In this document: positions 24,470-35,532 of the stretch, in pieces
Numbering within the stretch: position 1 is the first letter of the stretch
Layout of the letters: each line of letters opens with the position of its first letter
Assembly: GCA_035221665.1 (NCBI GenBank)
Contig: CM069144.1
Span: 39,308,001-39,372,000 of the forward strand
Direction: 5' to 3'
DNA length: 64,000 nt
Source: Okamejei kenojei
Lineage: Eukaryota
Notes under the pieces: model-generated
What the model was told of the DNA's origin: nothing
The model's input: the letters and a program-made list of their open reading frames with translations, nothing else
The model's database searches: none
Made by a program: the position numbers and the translations under genes

Positions 24470-24850
24470 ATGTAGAGTCATACTGCACGGCAACAGGTCC
24501 TGGGCCTACACGTCCATGCTGACCAAGATGCCCCCATCTATGCCAGTTCTGTTTGCTGCATTTGGCCCATTCCTATCCATGTACCTATCCATCCCTGTCC
24601 AAATATCTTTTAAATGTTGTTATTGTATCTGCTTCAAATACTTAATCTGCAAGTACTTTCCATATGCCCACTACCCATAGTATACAACAGTTTCCCACGG
24701 TTTTCTGTTAAATATTAAATCTTTCCCCTCTCATCTTAAACCTTATGTCCTTAATTCCTTCTTGATTCCCCTACCCTACATAAAAGATTCTGTGCATTTA
24801 CCCAGTCTATTTTTGTCATGATTTTGTATACCTCTATAAGATCATCCCAC
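24470..24850 (-). mobile_element. Old CR1 3' end
   Basis: Reverse complement of a CR1 tail (agagtcatac..caacagg..tatcttttaaatgttgttattgta..ctataagatca). Confidence 0.7.
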
Positions 24851-25257
24851 AGTGGTTCACTGTCCTAATATAGAGAGAAGGAACAGGTACATTTGGTAGG
24901 TGGGCATACAAAATTTAAGAACTAAATCTGTTCAAATAGTGCATTTGCCTTTAGGCCCCAGGAGTTTAAAACCAATGCAGGCGACACTTCTCCTGAATTT
25001 GAGGAAAGCTTAGAGCCATTAAAGATGTTGTGACTCCAATGGCAAAGTAAAATATACTTGTTCCTTGATAAATCCAGCCCATTTGACCAGAAATGGCAAC
25101 ACATGGACCCACCAACATGCTGGCAGAGCCCCTGGATCACCTGCTCGCACTATCAAATCCACTTTCTAGCTGGTGTTATTCTTGCAGTTTATGTCGTGTT
25201 ATTTCATCTCTTAAAGTGGTTTTAAATTTACAGACATACACATTACAAGAGTCTTTG

Positions 25258-25762
25258 TGAGCAGTTCTAGTCACCTCATTACAGGAAGGAGGCTTTAAAG
25301 GATGCAGAAGACACTCACCTGGATGCTGCCTGGATTAGAGGGTGTTAGCTATAAGGAGAGGTGGGAAATTTTTGATTTTTTTTTTTCTCTACAACATTGG
25401 AGCTATTGGAAGAGTTGATATAAATATATAAAATTATGAGAGGCTTAGATCGAGTAGACAATCAGAATATTTTTCTCAGGGTAGACATATCAAAGACTAG
25501 AGGCATAGCTTTAAGTTCAGAGTGGGATAGTTTAAAGGAGATGTGTGGGGTACGTTGTTTTACACAGAGTGGTGTTGCCTAGAACAGCTGTTCGGGGTGG
25601 TGGTGGAGTTAAATATGATAATAGAGTTTAAAAGACATGTGGGGAAAAATGGAGGGACAAGATCTCATGTGGGCAGAAGAGATTAGTTAAATTTGGCACC
25701 GTGTTCGGCATGGACATTGTGGGCCGAAGGTCCTGTTCCTGGACTGTACTGTTTTGTGCTAC
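25258..25762 (+). mobile_element. Old CR1 3' end
   Basis: cagttctagtcacctcattacaggaagg..aaaattatgagaggcttagat..gggccgaaggtcctgttcct. Confidence 0.75.
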
Positions 25763-25763
25763 A

Positions 25764-26198
25764 CGACTGGATAGACTCGGCTTGTACTCGCTAGAATTTA
25801 GAAGATTGAGGGGTGATCTCATAGAGACTACAAAATTCTTAAGGGGTTGGACAGGCTAGATGCAGGAAGATTGTTCCCGATGTTGGGGAAGTCCAGGACA
25901 AGGGGTCACAGTTTAAGGATAAGGGGGAAGTCTTTTAGGACCGAGATAAGAAAATCGTTTTTCACACAGAGTGGTGAAACTGTGGAATTCTCTGCCACAG
26001 AAGGTAGTTGAGGCCAGTTCTTTGGCCATATTTAAGAGGGAGTTGGATGTGGCCCTTGTGGCTGAAGGGATCAGAGGGTATGGAGAGAAGGCAGGTACAG
26101 GATATTGAGTTGGATGATCAGCCATGATCATATTGAATGGCGGTGCAGGCTCGAAGGGCCGAATGGCCTGCTCCTGCACCTAATTTCTATGTTTCTAT
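25764..26198 (+). mobile_element. Young CR1 3' end, near-identical to 3575-4010
   Basis: Direct match to the 1521-4010 copy; antisense ORFs 3727..3993 and 25913..26179 are almost identical. Confidence 0.93.
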
Positions 26199-26954
26199 GA
26201 TGTACAGTGACCAGCTCACATTAATCATACAATGACATTCAATCATCTACTGTTCAGAACTGGAGCAGAAGCAAGTCAACGTTGATAACGAGGTACTACC
26301 GAAATAAAACAGCAGCATTTATTCCATGGGAAGGAAGGCGTGTCATGTTATTTAATCTCTAAAGTGGCTTTAAAATTGCTGACATACACATTACAAGTGT
26401 CTTTGGGGTTAGTGTGTATTAAGTCGTCCTTTGTTAAAAATCTGGGTGTTAGCTGGTTTGGGGTTAGGGTTAACTTGTGTTGTTACGTGACCGACTGTTA
26501 AAGTCCCATTAGTAGATCAAATTAGAGCAGGAATAAAATCTTAAAATATAAGAAACAAGAGCAGGATTGCCCCCACAAGTTTGTTCCACCTTTCAGTAAG
26601 ATCATAACTGATCCAATCATGGCTTCAATATCACTTTTCCATACCCTCCCCAATGCACTCTGACACCCCTGGAGTTTAAACATCTGTCAGTCTTTTCTTG
26701 AATATATTCAATAACTCTTCCTCCACTGTTCTCTGCATAGACCTAAAGATTCTCGGCTCCCTGAAAGAAGTTAATTCTCATTGCTGAATGAAAGGAACGA
26801 TCACATCTTCCTGATACAATGCCTGTAAGAAATGTATGCAGTTCTTCATGTCTGCTCTCAACAGCACGCTGTAATGTTGCAAAAAGCATCACTAGTTGTA
26901 GACTCCTTTACCTCTTGCAAGAAAAAACATTTCCACAGCATTCCTAACTACTTA

Positions 26955-27522
26955 AGGGCCTGTCCTACCAACGTGCGACTCCATGTGGTGAGCGCGACCT
27001 AAAGTGGTCGCTTGGGCTGTCCGGCCTCGCGGGGCTGGTCCCACTTCGATCGCCGGAGCCATGTGGAGTTGTGCGGAGCTGGTCCCGACATCGCGCGGGG
27101 CTCCGAAAAACTGACCGTGTTCAAAGATTCCGCGCGGCAACGGCCTGTCGGCCCGCAGTCGCCTCGACGCATTATGCACCGCCTCGACGTCATGCCTCCG
27201 TGACCCTCTCTATATGTGCCTCCGTGACCCTCTCTGTGTGTGCCTCCGTGGCCCTCTCTCTGTTTGCCTCCGTGCCCCTCTCTGTGTGTCCCTCTCTGTC
27301 CTTGAGAACTTACCTTGCGGAATTCGCTCCAACTTCGCGCCGCGTCGCGCCACTCACCCGACCTCCGCGCGGACCCCACTGCCGGTTTGGTCGCGCTCGC
27401 CGCATGCAGGCGCATGCTGGTGGGGTCGGCACTGTACAGGGATCACTCGACCTCTGCGCGGCCCCCGCTTCCAGTTTGGTCGCGCTCACCGCATGGAGTC
27501 GGATGCTGGTAGGACAGGCCCT
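26955..27522. mobile_element. Non-autonomous PIF/Harbinger-type DNA transposon (MITE), 568 bp
   Basis: About 50-bp imperfect TIRs (AGGGCCTGTCCTACCA.. / ..TGGTAGGACAGGCCCT). TTA on both sides (26952-26954, 27523-27525). CpG-rich, no transposase. Confidence 0.85.
27193..27288 (+). repeat. 24-bp minisatellite, 4 units, inside the MITE
   Basis: tgcctccgtgNcccTctctNtNtN units start at 27193, 27217, 27241 and 27265. Confidence 0.9.
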
Positions 27523-27634
27523 TTATTAGACCTTTACGCTGACATTTTGTGTTATGCACTAGAACCCACAAATCTTTGCCCTGCAATAATTCATAGTCTC
27601 ATTCTGTTTCAATAATAATTTGAATAAATAATAA

Positions 27635-27810
27635 TAATCTTTCCTCGTTCTCACATTTCTTTCATTTTATCTTCTGCCTGCCAGCATCCTGCCCGCTGAC
27701 GTAACCTGTCCATATTCTGGTCTGAAGAACTGTCCCGACCCAGAATGTCACCTATCCATCTTTTTCAGAGATCTGCTTGACCCCTATTACTCCAGCACTC
27801 TGTTCCCTTT
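27635..27810 (+). mobile_element. Degenerate Penelope pLTR unit
   Basis: gtCTGAAGAactgtcccgacccagaatgtcacctatcc..ttactccagcact. Confidence 0.7.
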
Positions 27811-29022
27811 TGACTATATTCCTTGTGTTCTCCTCATCAGTTACTAACCCACCCTTTGTTTTGCATCATCAGAAAAAATTAGTCCCTTCATCAACATGGA
27901 TTCTAAATATTTGAGACCCCAGCACTGACCCCTCTGGCATCTCACTATAAACTGATTCCTAATCTAAAAATTGTATCCTGAACCCATTCATCCTGACTCT
28001 GTTAGTCAGCCAATTTCCCCCCCCCCCAGGTTTCCAGGCCCTCCAGTTATAGACACTTTGGATAGGATACAGAGTGAAACACGTTTCCCCTTATCCTCCA
28101 CATAAATTTTAATGCCTCTGCCTTTCAAGTCTCTCCTGGCAACCGAAGTCTCTCCTTGCAGTTGAACAATCCGGCAACATCCTGGTGAAACTCTTCTACA
28201 GCCTTTCCATCCCTCTTGTAGTTTGCAACTAAAATGCTGGCAAATTGTTAAACATTATTTCTATTTCAAAAAATCATCCTGACTCTGTTTGATTGACTGC
28301 TGTAATAATAGTTTGTAGCCTTTCCCAGCGACAGGTGTCAAACTGATTGACTTGAAGTTTCCTTTGCTTCTTTATATAATTTCATTTGCAGTTTCTATGC
28401 AATCTCTCTGAATGCAAGGAATTTTGACAGTTAACAATCAATGCATAATTCCATATTCTGTAGAGGATCTAGTTCAGTTGTTTTTCATAATTCATTGTGA
28501 AACTAATTGTTTTTATTTAAAAAACAGAATATTACCCAAGCTTCTTAGGTGTTTTTTATATATCTGAGGAATCTTTCCTTTGAAGGGCTAAATAGGGACA
28601 CCATTTAGGACCTTCCACTGAAGATGATATGGCCTGGGATACCTGCAGAGGTTCAGTCCTTGCTCTTTCTGTGTCGTTGACAGACTATTCAACAAGAAAA
28701 AGAAATCAGACGCTCGGACATCCAACAGCAAAGTATTTTCAAGTATAGTTTCCACTGTTGAAAATAGGATAGATTTGGCCTCACATTTTGGTCCTTGAAA
28801 GCTTGTCTTCCATTTTGAACATAATTTGATGGGCTCGCTAGATCACTGATCAAAATAAATTTAACCTGAGGGAATTTAAATATCAAAGGGTGAATGTAGC
28901 TCAGATTCCAAATGTTGGAGAACATACTCTCAAGAGCTAGTCTAGTGGTCAGAAAAATCTACAAAATTGCCTGTGCTGTAGATTATGAGGCTCCAATTCC
29001 GATATCCAGCATATTATGTTTT

Positions 29023-29156
29023 GAGTCAAAAGGAACTGCAGATGCTGGCTTAAACCGAAGATGGACACACAAAGCTGGAGTAACTCCGCGGAACAGGCAG
29101 CATCTCTGGAGAGAAGGAATGGGTGACGTTTCGGGTCGAGACCCTTCAGTGTGTCT
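29023..29156 (-). mobile_element. Penelope-derived unit: inverted pLTR with tail plus a 7-nt direct 3' end; 12-bp TSD
   Basis: ATATTATGTTTT at 29011-29022 and 29157-29168. The insert ends ..acccttcag followed by tgtgtct. Confidence 0.82.
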
Positions 29157-30009
29157 ATATTATGTTTTAATGTTGTGATGGATGTTTGCACCATACCAAC
29201 TGGTTCGGAAAGTGTCTTGGCTTTTGAATGCATGAGGTTCGTTAAATATTTGGTTACATTTTTCTGTCATGATTTTGTCACTTTTTAAGTTTTAGATTTC
29301 TATCCTTCTAGAATCTTTATAAGGATTTTAGAATCCTTCTACTTGGGTCTTCTTGGACCTGCTCCCTGGTCCAAGATTCCTGCTAAGACACATTTGAGCA
29401 GTATACCTGACCTTCATCCCTGACCTTCATTGCTCAGATGGAAACCAACACGTACTAGGTACAACTCACTTCATTGTGCTGGCTGCACTTCACCATGCCG
29501 GCTGCACTTTAAATAATACTGGTTATTGTGAAGAGGTCTTATCTCTCAGTTCTGTGTTCAGATTGTACAGTTCAGTAAAGGAAATTGACAGTTTTAGCAA
29601 GTGCCTGGCAGGCTCAGTTGCTTCATGTCCTTCTGTGAATTCACTACATGATACAAGATACATTTATTTGTCACATGTGCCAATTGGTACAGTGAAATGT
29701 GTGGTCGCCCAGGAACCTGTGAATGTGGCAATGCAAGGGCAACTTCCCTAATGGCATTAAAATACAGTGACCAAACAGAATTATGGAAGCGAACCAAAAA
29801 TCGGCTCTGGAGATCTAATTATGTCGGGGGTTTATCACTATTTAATGATCGGGTGCGATGCCTGTCTCTCTCCATGCTGGGGTTTGAAAGGTATAATAAT
29901 AACACCGAACTATGAGCCGCCATAGGAACCTCGAGCAGTAAACATGTCAATTTCCAGGCCTCCCAGTTTGGGACTCAACCAAAAAAAATAGGTAATTGAC
30001 TAAAAATCC

Positions 30010-30330
30010 TTTCCCCCTCCCTTTCCTGTGCCCCCACCTGGACTTGCATCCATTTTTCCCCTCCGTCTCCCCTTCCACCTACATTGTCTTTTCACCTCTG
30101 GCGTATGTCCGACCATCTACCTATCAAAACCCCTCCTCACTTATATCACTTGCCAGGATTTATCCTGTCCCTCCTCTCTTCAAGCTTTCCATTCACCCCC
30201 ATTACCACAAGAAGGGTCCTGACCCGAAATGTCACCAATGCATGTTCTGCAGAGATGCTGCCTGACCCATTGAGTTATTCTAGCACTCTGTCTTTTTTTG
30301 GACATCAACATCTGCAGTTCTTTGTTTCTT
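30010..30330 (+). mobile_element. Penelope 3' region and pLTR remnant
   Basis: Pyrimidine-rich stretch, then aagaaGGGTCctGACCCGAAAtgtc..gatgctgcctgaccc..catctgcagttc. Confidence 0.75.
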
Positions 30331-30904
30331 CTTCTTATCTACACTCTTTTTTTCGATCTCTCTGCTTAGTTCTTCCGAGGCTATAACTCACTTGCAATCT
30401 TATTGCTCCTCCTGTTTAAAAAGAACTGTGTGGACTAAGAATTAAGTTTGTAACCATCCTGCTGTAGTTTTTGCTATACTATCTGTAGTGCAATGTAGTG
30501 ATGATTAATCACCGTAGATAAAAGGTAATAGTGAAAATTGATTCCGGTGGTAGAATGCCATGAAGGGAAAATGGAGTGTATTAAATCTCAGACGTTAATT
30601 AACCTGACATTTTGTCAAAGGAATACTACTGAGCATGGTGCCGGCACTACATCCTGACATTCTGTCTCTGTATCAAAGCCGGGTTTCTTGAGCCCAGTAA
30701 CATATGGTGAGGTACCTTACACGGTGGACCTTTGTCCCTTGGATGGAGCATGGATTGCTCCATTTGTAGAGAATTAACCACGTGCTGTGAAAACCATGAA
30801 TGAGTAGATAAAGGAGCTTGTGAAGCTTAAAATAAAGTTGAGGAATACGCGCTAGCAGTTGATTTTTATTGTCTGTTTAAGGCATGAGGCAGTCTAGATT
30901 GTTA

Positions 30905-31470
30905 ATGCTATTGGTGTATTATTATCATGTTTGCATGCAAAGAGAAAATGATCAGAGTGCAGAATATAGTGTTACAACATTATAGCATTACATTTACAGA
31001 GAAAGTGTAGATAAAAAAATAGTGCATTGTTCACAATGAGGTAAATTGGGAGATCAGGACTACACCCTAGCTTATGAGAGAACTGTTCTGTAGTTTTATA
31101 ATAGCGGGGAAGAAGCTGTTGTTGAGTCTGGTGGTGTGTTCTTTCAAACTTTTCTATCTTCTACTCAACAGGAGAGGGTTGAAAATAGGATCACCGAGAT
31201 GAAAATGATCATTGGTTCTGTTGGCTGCTTTCTCGAGGCAGTGTGAAGTATAGATTGGGAGTGGTGGTGGTGTTAGTTTGTGTGGACTGGGCTGTGTCCA
31301 CAACGGCCTGTAATTTCAATTTCTTGCAGCTTTAGGCAGAGCTGTTGCCAAACCAAGCTGTGATGCATCCCTGTAGGATGCTTTCTCGAGTGCATCTGCA
31401 GAAACTGGTAAGTCTTGGAGACATGCCAAACTGTTCTGAGGAAGTAAGGAATTGGTGTGCTTTCCTGTCA
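30905..31470 (-). mobile_element. Old Rex1/Babar-like LINE 3' end
   Basis: Reverse-complement similarity to 640-1225 (gaagaagctgtt, ttggctgctttctcgaggcag, caggatgctttc-like motifs). Confidence 0.7.
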
Positions 31471-32424
31471 TAGCTTGCACCTTCCATTTCCAATTTGGCC
31501 CTCTAGCATGGTGTGGTTTCCCCCATCTTCACTGCCTCCCACAATGTCTAACCCCTCTCCAAACCCAAACCAAAACATGCATTTTTAAAAAATATTGTGG
31601 GGTTGGACTGTAAAGATAATGTAATTCTGTCCTTAAGAATTGACAAAATTCTACTTGGCACCTGCAGTTTATTCCATTGATTGTTTAGGTGTCACACAGC
31701 ACGTAGCTCTGAAAAGATTAGCCACGGTTTAATGAAGAATATGTTCAGTTCCCCATCCCGTTCCAAACCATACCCTTAACCTTCAATAGGAACAGTCATT
31801 GCAATGGCTTTTTCCGGACTTTGTGAGTGGTGTTTCCAGGGCGCATGATCATTTTAGGTGTGCGTCTCTTACCTGAAAGTTCACCACCTGCTGAGGTAAT
31901 GCAAGAGCGACAGCTGCACAGGCACTCAACGTTATGATGGGTGTAGACAGATTAATAGGTGTTTGGAGAGTGAGTGGGAGACAGCAGCCATCTGAGGAAT
32001 GTGTGCACTGGAATGAGTATGGTGGTGTTAAATGTGTGCAGTGCCTCACAGAGATTTACCGCAGTTTGATTGGGGATTAGTAAAAGAAGCAATGTTATGG
32101 AACAATGCAGAATAACTGTGTCATGTCCAGCTATAATTTCTAGGGACAGGACCCGTATGGGGGAGATATGGATTACAATGACTGCATTGGGCAAGGTTTT
32201 AATTTTTTAGGGCAAGGGCAAGGTTTTAATTTTTTTTTACCATTGTTTTAACCAGATTTTTTTGCTAGGTTTTTGCCATCCACACAAGAGGTACCTAAAT
32301 CTCTTACCCCTCCTATCTCCTTTGAATACATTTTAGTACTTGATCAAATCTTTAGTTATCTGTACTACTGCACTGTCAATTTATTGGGCTCAACGTCAAA
32401 TTCTATTTTGATAATTAAAAAAAA

Positions 32425-32635
32425 GGAAATGTTAGAAATACTCAACAGCAAAGGCAGCAACAATGGAGTGTGAAACAGTTAATTTATCAGGTTGATGGTC
32501 TTCATCTTCCACCTGATGAAAGGTGACTGACCTGAAATGTTACCTCTGTTTCTCTCTCCACTCATGCTGCCTGTGCTGCTGATGTTTCCACCATTCCGTT
32601 TTTTGATTTCCAGTAGCTGCAGTAATCTGATTTTT
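32425..32635. mobile_element. Old head-to-head inverted pair of Penelope-derived units
   Basis: The left arm (gaaatactcaac..caggttgatggtcttcatc) is an imperfect reverse complement of the right arm (ctgatgaaaggtgactgacctgaaatgtt..gctgatgtttcc). Confidence 0.6.
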
Positions 32636-32884
32636 GAAGATATTAACATGAACCACCCTCAGACATTGTTTTGTTAGGGGTAAAAATAATTGATTAATTT
32701 CCAAAGTGGTGTAGCATTTGAAGATTTGTTACCCTGTCTGCTTACTGAGCATTCTTATGAGACTCAGAGTTATGCAGCCCTTCAACTCAATTCATCCATG
32801 CTGAGCAAGATGGCTCATCGAAGCTAGTCGCATTTGGGGCCTTTCCTCGCCCCCACCTTAATTTTTTAGCTTTCACCTCAAAAA

Positions 32885-33005
32885 CCATCAGTCTAAAGAA
32901 GGGTCCCGACACGAGACATCCTCTGCCGTTTCCTTCCACAGATGCTGCCTGACCTGCTGAGTTCCTCCAGCATTTTAGTTTTGCTCAAGATTCTGCAGTC
33001 TCTTA
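32885..33005 (+). mobile_element. Penelope-derived unit
   Basis: cagtctaaagaagggtcccgacacgagacatc..gatgctgcctgacctgctgagttcctccagc. Confidence 0.75.
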
Positions 33006-33219
33006 TGCCTTGGTTCTATTTTACACTTGACTAATCAAAACTCAGAATTTTAACCATTGATTTGATACCTAAATCATGTTAAATTGCAAAACTTGGACCA
33101 CATGACAAATTTGGAAAGGTTGTTTGTTTAAAACTGGGCCAGAATCAATATAAAATGTGAACTGAGAGTGATGAACACCAGGGTCGTGGGCAAAACCATT
33201 CACGTGGACAATGTTAAAG

Positions 33220-33510
33220 AGGTGCAGCACTGTCTGGTCATTTTTCAGAAAAGATATTAAACAGAGGCTCTGTCTGCTCACCTTGCTAGATATGAATAAT
33301 CCCAGATGAATATTTTGAAATACTGGAGTTTTTCTCGGTGTCCTGGACAATTTCCCTTGACCAACACCACAAAACATTATTTATCTGTTAGCAAATTAGT
33401 TGCTGTTTTCACCGCTTTTAAATAATTAACTAAATGTCAAAAGTACATCAATGTAAGCATTTACAAGATTCCTAGTTTGTGAAAGGTGGTAGTTAAATGA
33501 AAGTCATCTT
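33220..33510 (+). mobile_element. Deu-domain SINE (SacSINE1/AmnSINE1-like)
   Basis: agatattaaacagaggctctgtctgc..ctcggtgtcctggacaat..accaacaccac..gcaaattagttgc..caaaagtac..gtgaaagg follows the Deu-domain and tail order as I recall it. Confidence 0.65.
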
Positions 33511-34574
33511 GTATTAGTGTAAATATTTAATTGCATCTTTTTTATGGTGATCTGTAAATCAAGCATGTAGTAATTGATTGCGGTGGCGAGTTGCCACCTT
33601 GCTGCAAAATTCTGTTTAAGGAATTTTTTTAAAGTAGTTTCTCTGATAGTGCACATGGCCATACAGATTCCCAAGAGACATCCATCGGTTCAACATATTA
33701 TCAACATTTGTCTGCTGTTCAGGTCTTTCTGGTGGATTGTTTCATTACCTGAGGAGTTTCAGAGAGAACTGAACCCTGATATTATCAGCGAACCTCCCAC
33801 TTCTGACTGATGGTGAAAAGATCATTTTTAAAGCTGCTGAAAATGTGGGCCAAGTAGGCTGCTCCAAGCAGCCCAGGATCGTAACAGTGTCCTGGCTAAG
33901 ACAGTTTGACTCCAACAATCACATTTGTCTTCCTCGACGTACAGTGTGACTGTAGCCAATGGAATGATTTCCCTTTGATGCGCATTCACCTCATTAACAC
34001 ACGGACATTACATTTGCTTAAATACAATTTTAATGTCAAGCTCAGTTGTTCTAATCTCACCTCTACGATTTGTTGAGGTAGTTTTCCACCTTGCTGTTAG
34101 TACATCTGATGCTGGCATTCTTGGGGTTTGATCCTGGATGGTAATTATATCGTGTGTAATAGGTCAGGCTATCAGCTCGCAGATGGAATACATTTCTGCA
34201 GCTCCTGACTGCCCACAGCTAGTGACACATTCACTTGAATAAAAGTTTAATTATATTTTCAAACTTGGAAATCTCTGCTCTAATTGGTAGTTATATACCG
34301 AGAAAATGGCGTGCCTTCTTGAGGATGAGAGTCGATATGTTGGTGGGAAAACTCGAGCTAGTGTTAGTAAGGACAGAGGTGATAAAGGGTGGGCAGGGCA
34401 TGGTGAGAATAGATGGACTTCATGTTAAACAGATAGAATGATAGACTTCATGTTAAACAGTGATTTAGATTATTTTCCATGCTGAGGTTGTATTTTCAAC
34501 ATGCACGCCGTCAGAAATAATGGTTGCACTGTTTGAAATAATTTTAAATTCTGTTCTTTTTCTTTGACATTCAG

Positions 34575-34619
34575 TATTCGCCACCGGCTGGACAGCATCT
34601 TTCAACTGACGGGTGGAAG
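34575..34619 (+). CDS. TP63: Candidate alternative cassette exon of TP63 (YSPPAGQHLSTDGWK)
   Basis: Strong pyrimidine tract and CAG acceptor (ttctgttcttttttctttgacattcag), 45 nt with no stop in phase 0, donor AAG|gtgcgt. In frame with exon 3' and exon 4. No transcript evidence. Confidence 0.6.
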
Positions 34620-35364
34620 GTGCGTAAGGGGGTGGGGATAGGTTTTTCCATTGTCTGACTTAGTCATTTGTGTAAAGTGTCAGAAGGTTGATGAATCAGA
34701 ATTGAGAAAAAAAATTAAAAAACGGGATAGATTGGTGCAGGGATGTAATTGAGCTAATGTGTGTGATGCTGTGAGTGTTTGCATGGTTATGCTCCAGGCT
34801 CAGAAATCAACCACTTTACTGAGCACCAATGTTTTGCTCAGCACCACAACCGCTCTAGGAAGGGTGCAGGCCAGTGTGACGAGGACGCTGTAAGGGCAGG
34901 TGAAGCGCAGTGTGAGGAATGAGACCGAGATAAGGTTGTTTGCTCTCTAGCAGAAGATTCCAAGGGGAAATGTAATTGAGCTGTGTTGGTAATGGGGGGC
35001 TTGGATAGGAGGGATCCTGTTTCTTTAGTGGTGATGTCAGTGTCTGGAGGGCATAGCTAGATTAATGAATGGATTAGAAGGAATTAGTGGAAGGATTAAA
35101 GGGGAGTCCGGATAATTCATGTTGCATCCAAAAAGTATGGGTGCTCAAACCCACATTATAATCAGATGGTACTTGATGAATACTTGAAGAGTCATAACCT
35201 ATGAAGTTATGGATCAAGAACTGAAAGTGATCTCCTTTGGCTACAGTAGACATAATGGTGCAATTGGCATTTTGATATACTAGTATAGTATTCACTAGTA
35301 ATATATTTGCTATACTAAGCCTATGAATAGATGTATGCAGTCCCAGTGATATTTAAAATGGCAT

Positions 35365-35532
35365 AGGCACAAAGCACTGGAGTAACTCAACGGGTCAGGC
35401 AGTCTGAAGAAGGGTCTCGACCCGTAACATCACCCATCCTTTTTCCCCAGAGATGCTGCCTGACCCACTGAGTTACTCCAGCACTTTGTGTCATTCTTTA
35501 TTATAAACCAGCATCTGCAGTTCCTTGTTTCT
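35365..35532. mobile_element. Penelope-derived unit with terminal inverted arms and a degenerate 16-bp TSD
   Basis: cacaaagcactggagtaactcaacgggtcaggcag is inverted relative to ctgcctgacccactgagttactccagcactttgtg. Flanks are atatttaaaatggcat (35349) and atatctaaaatgccat (35533). Confidence 0.8.

Noticed and set aside
26455-26475. Telomere-like gggttagggtta (also ctaacctaaccc near 5941)
   Set aside because: Only about two units, expected by chance.
26999-27615. Cluster of overlapping 130-150 aa ORFs
   Set aside because: By-product of the GC-rich MITE and its 24-bp minisatellite; no protein motifs.
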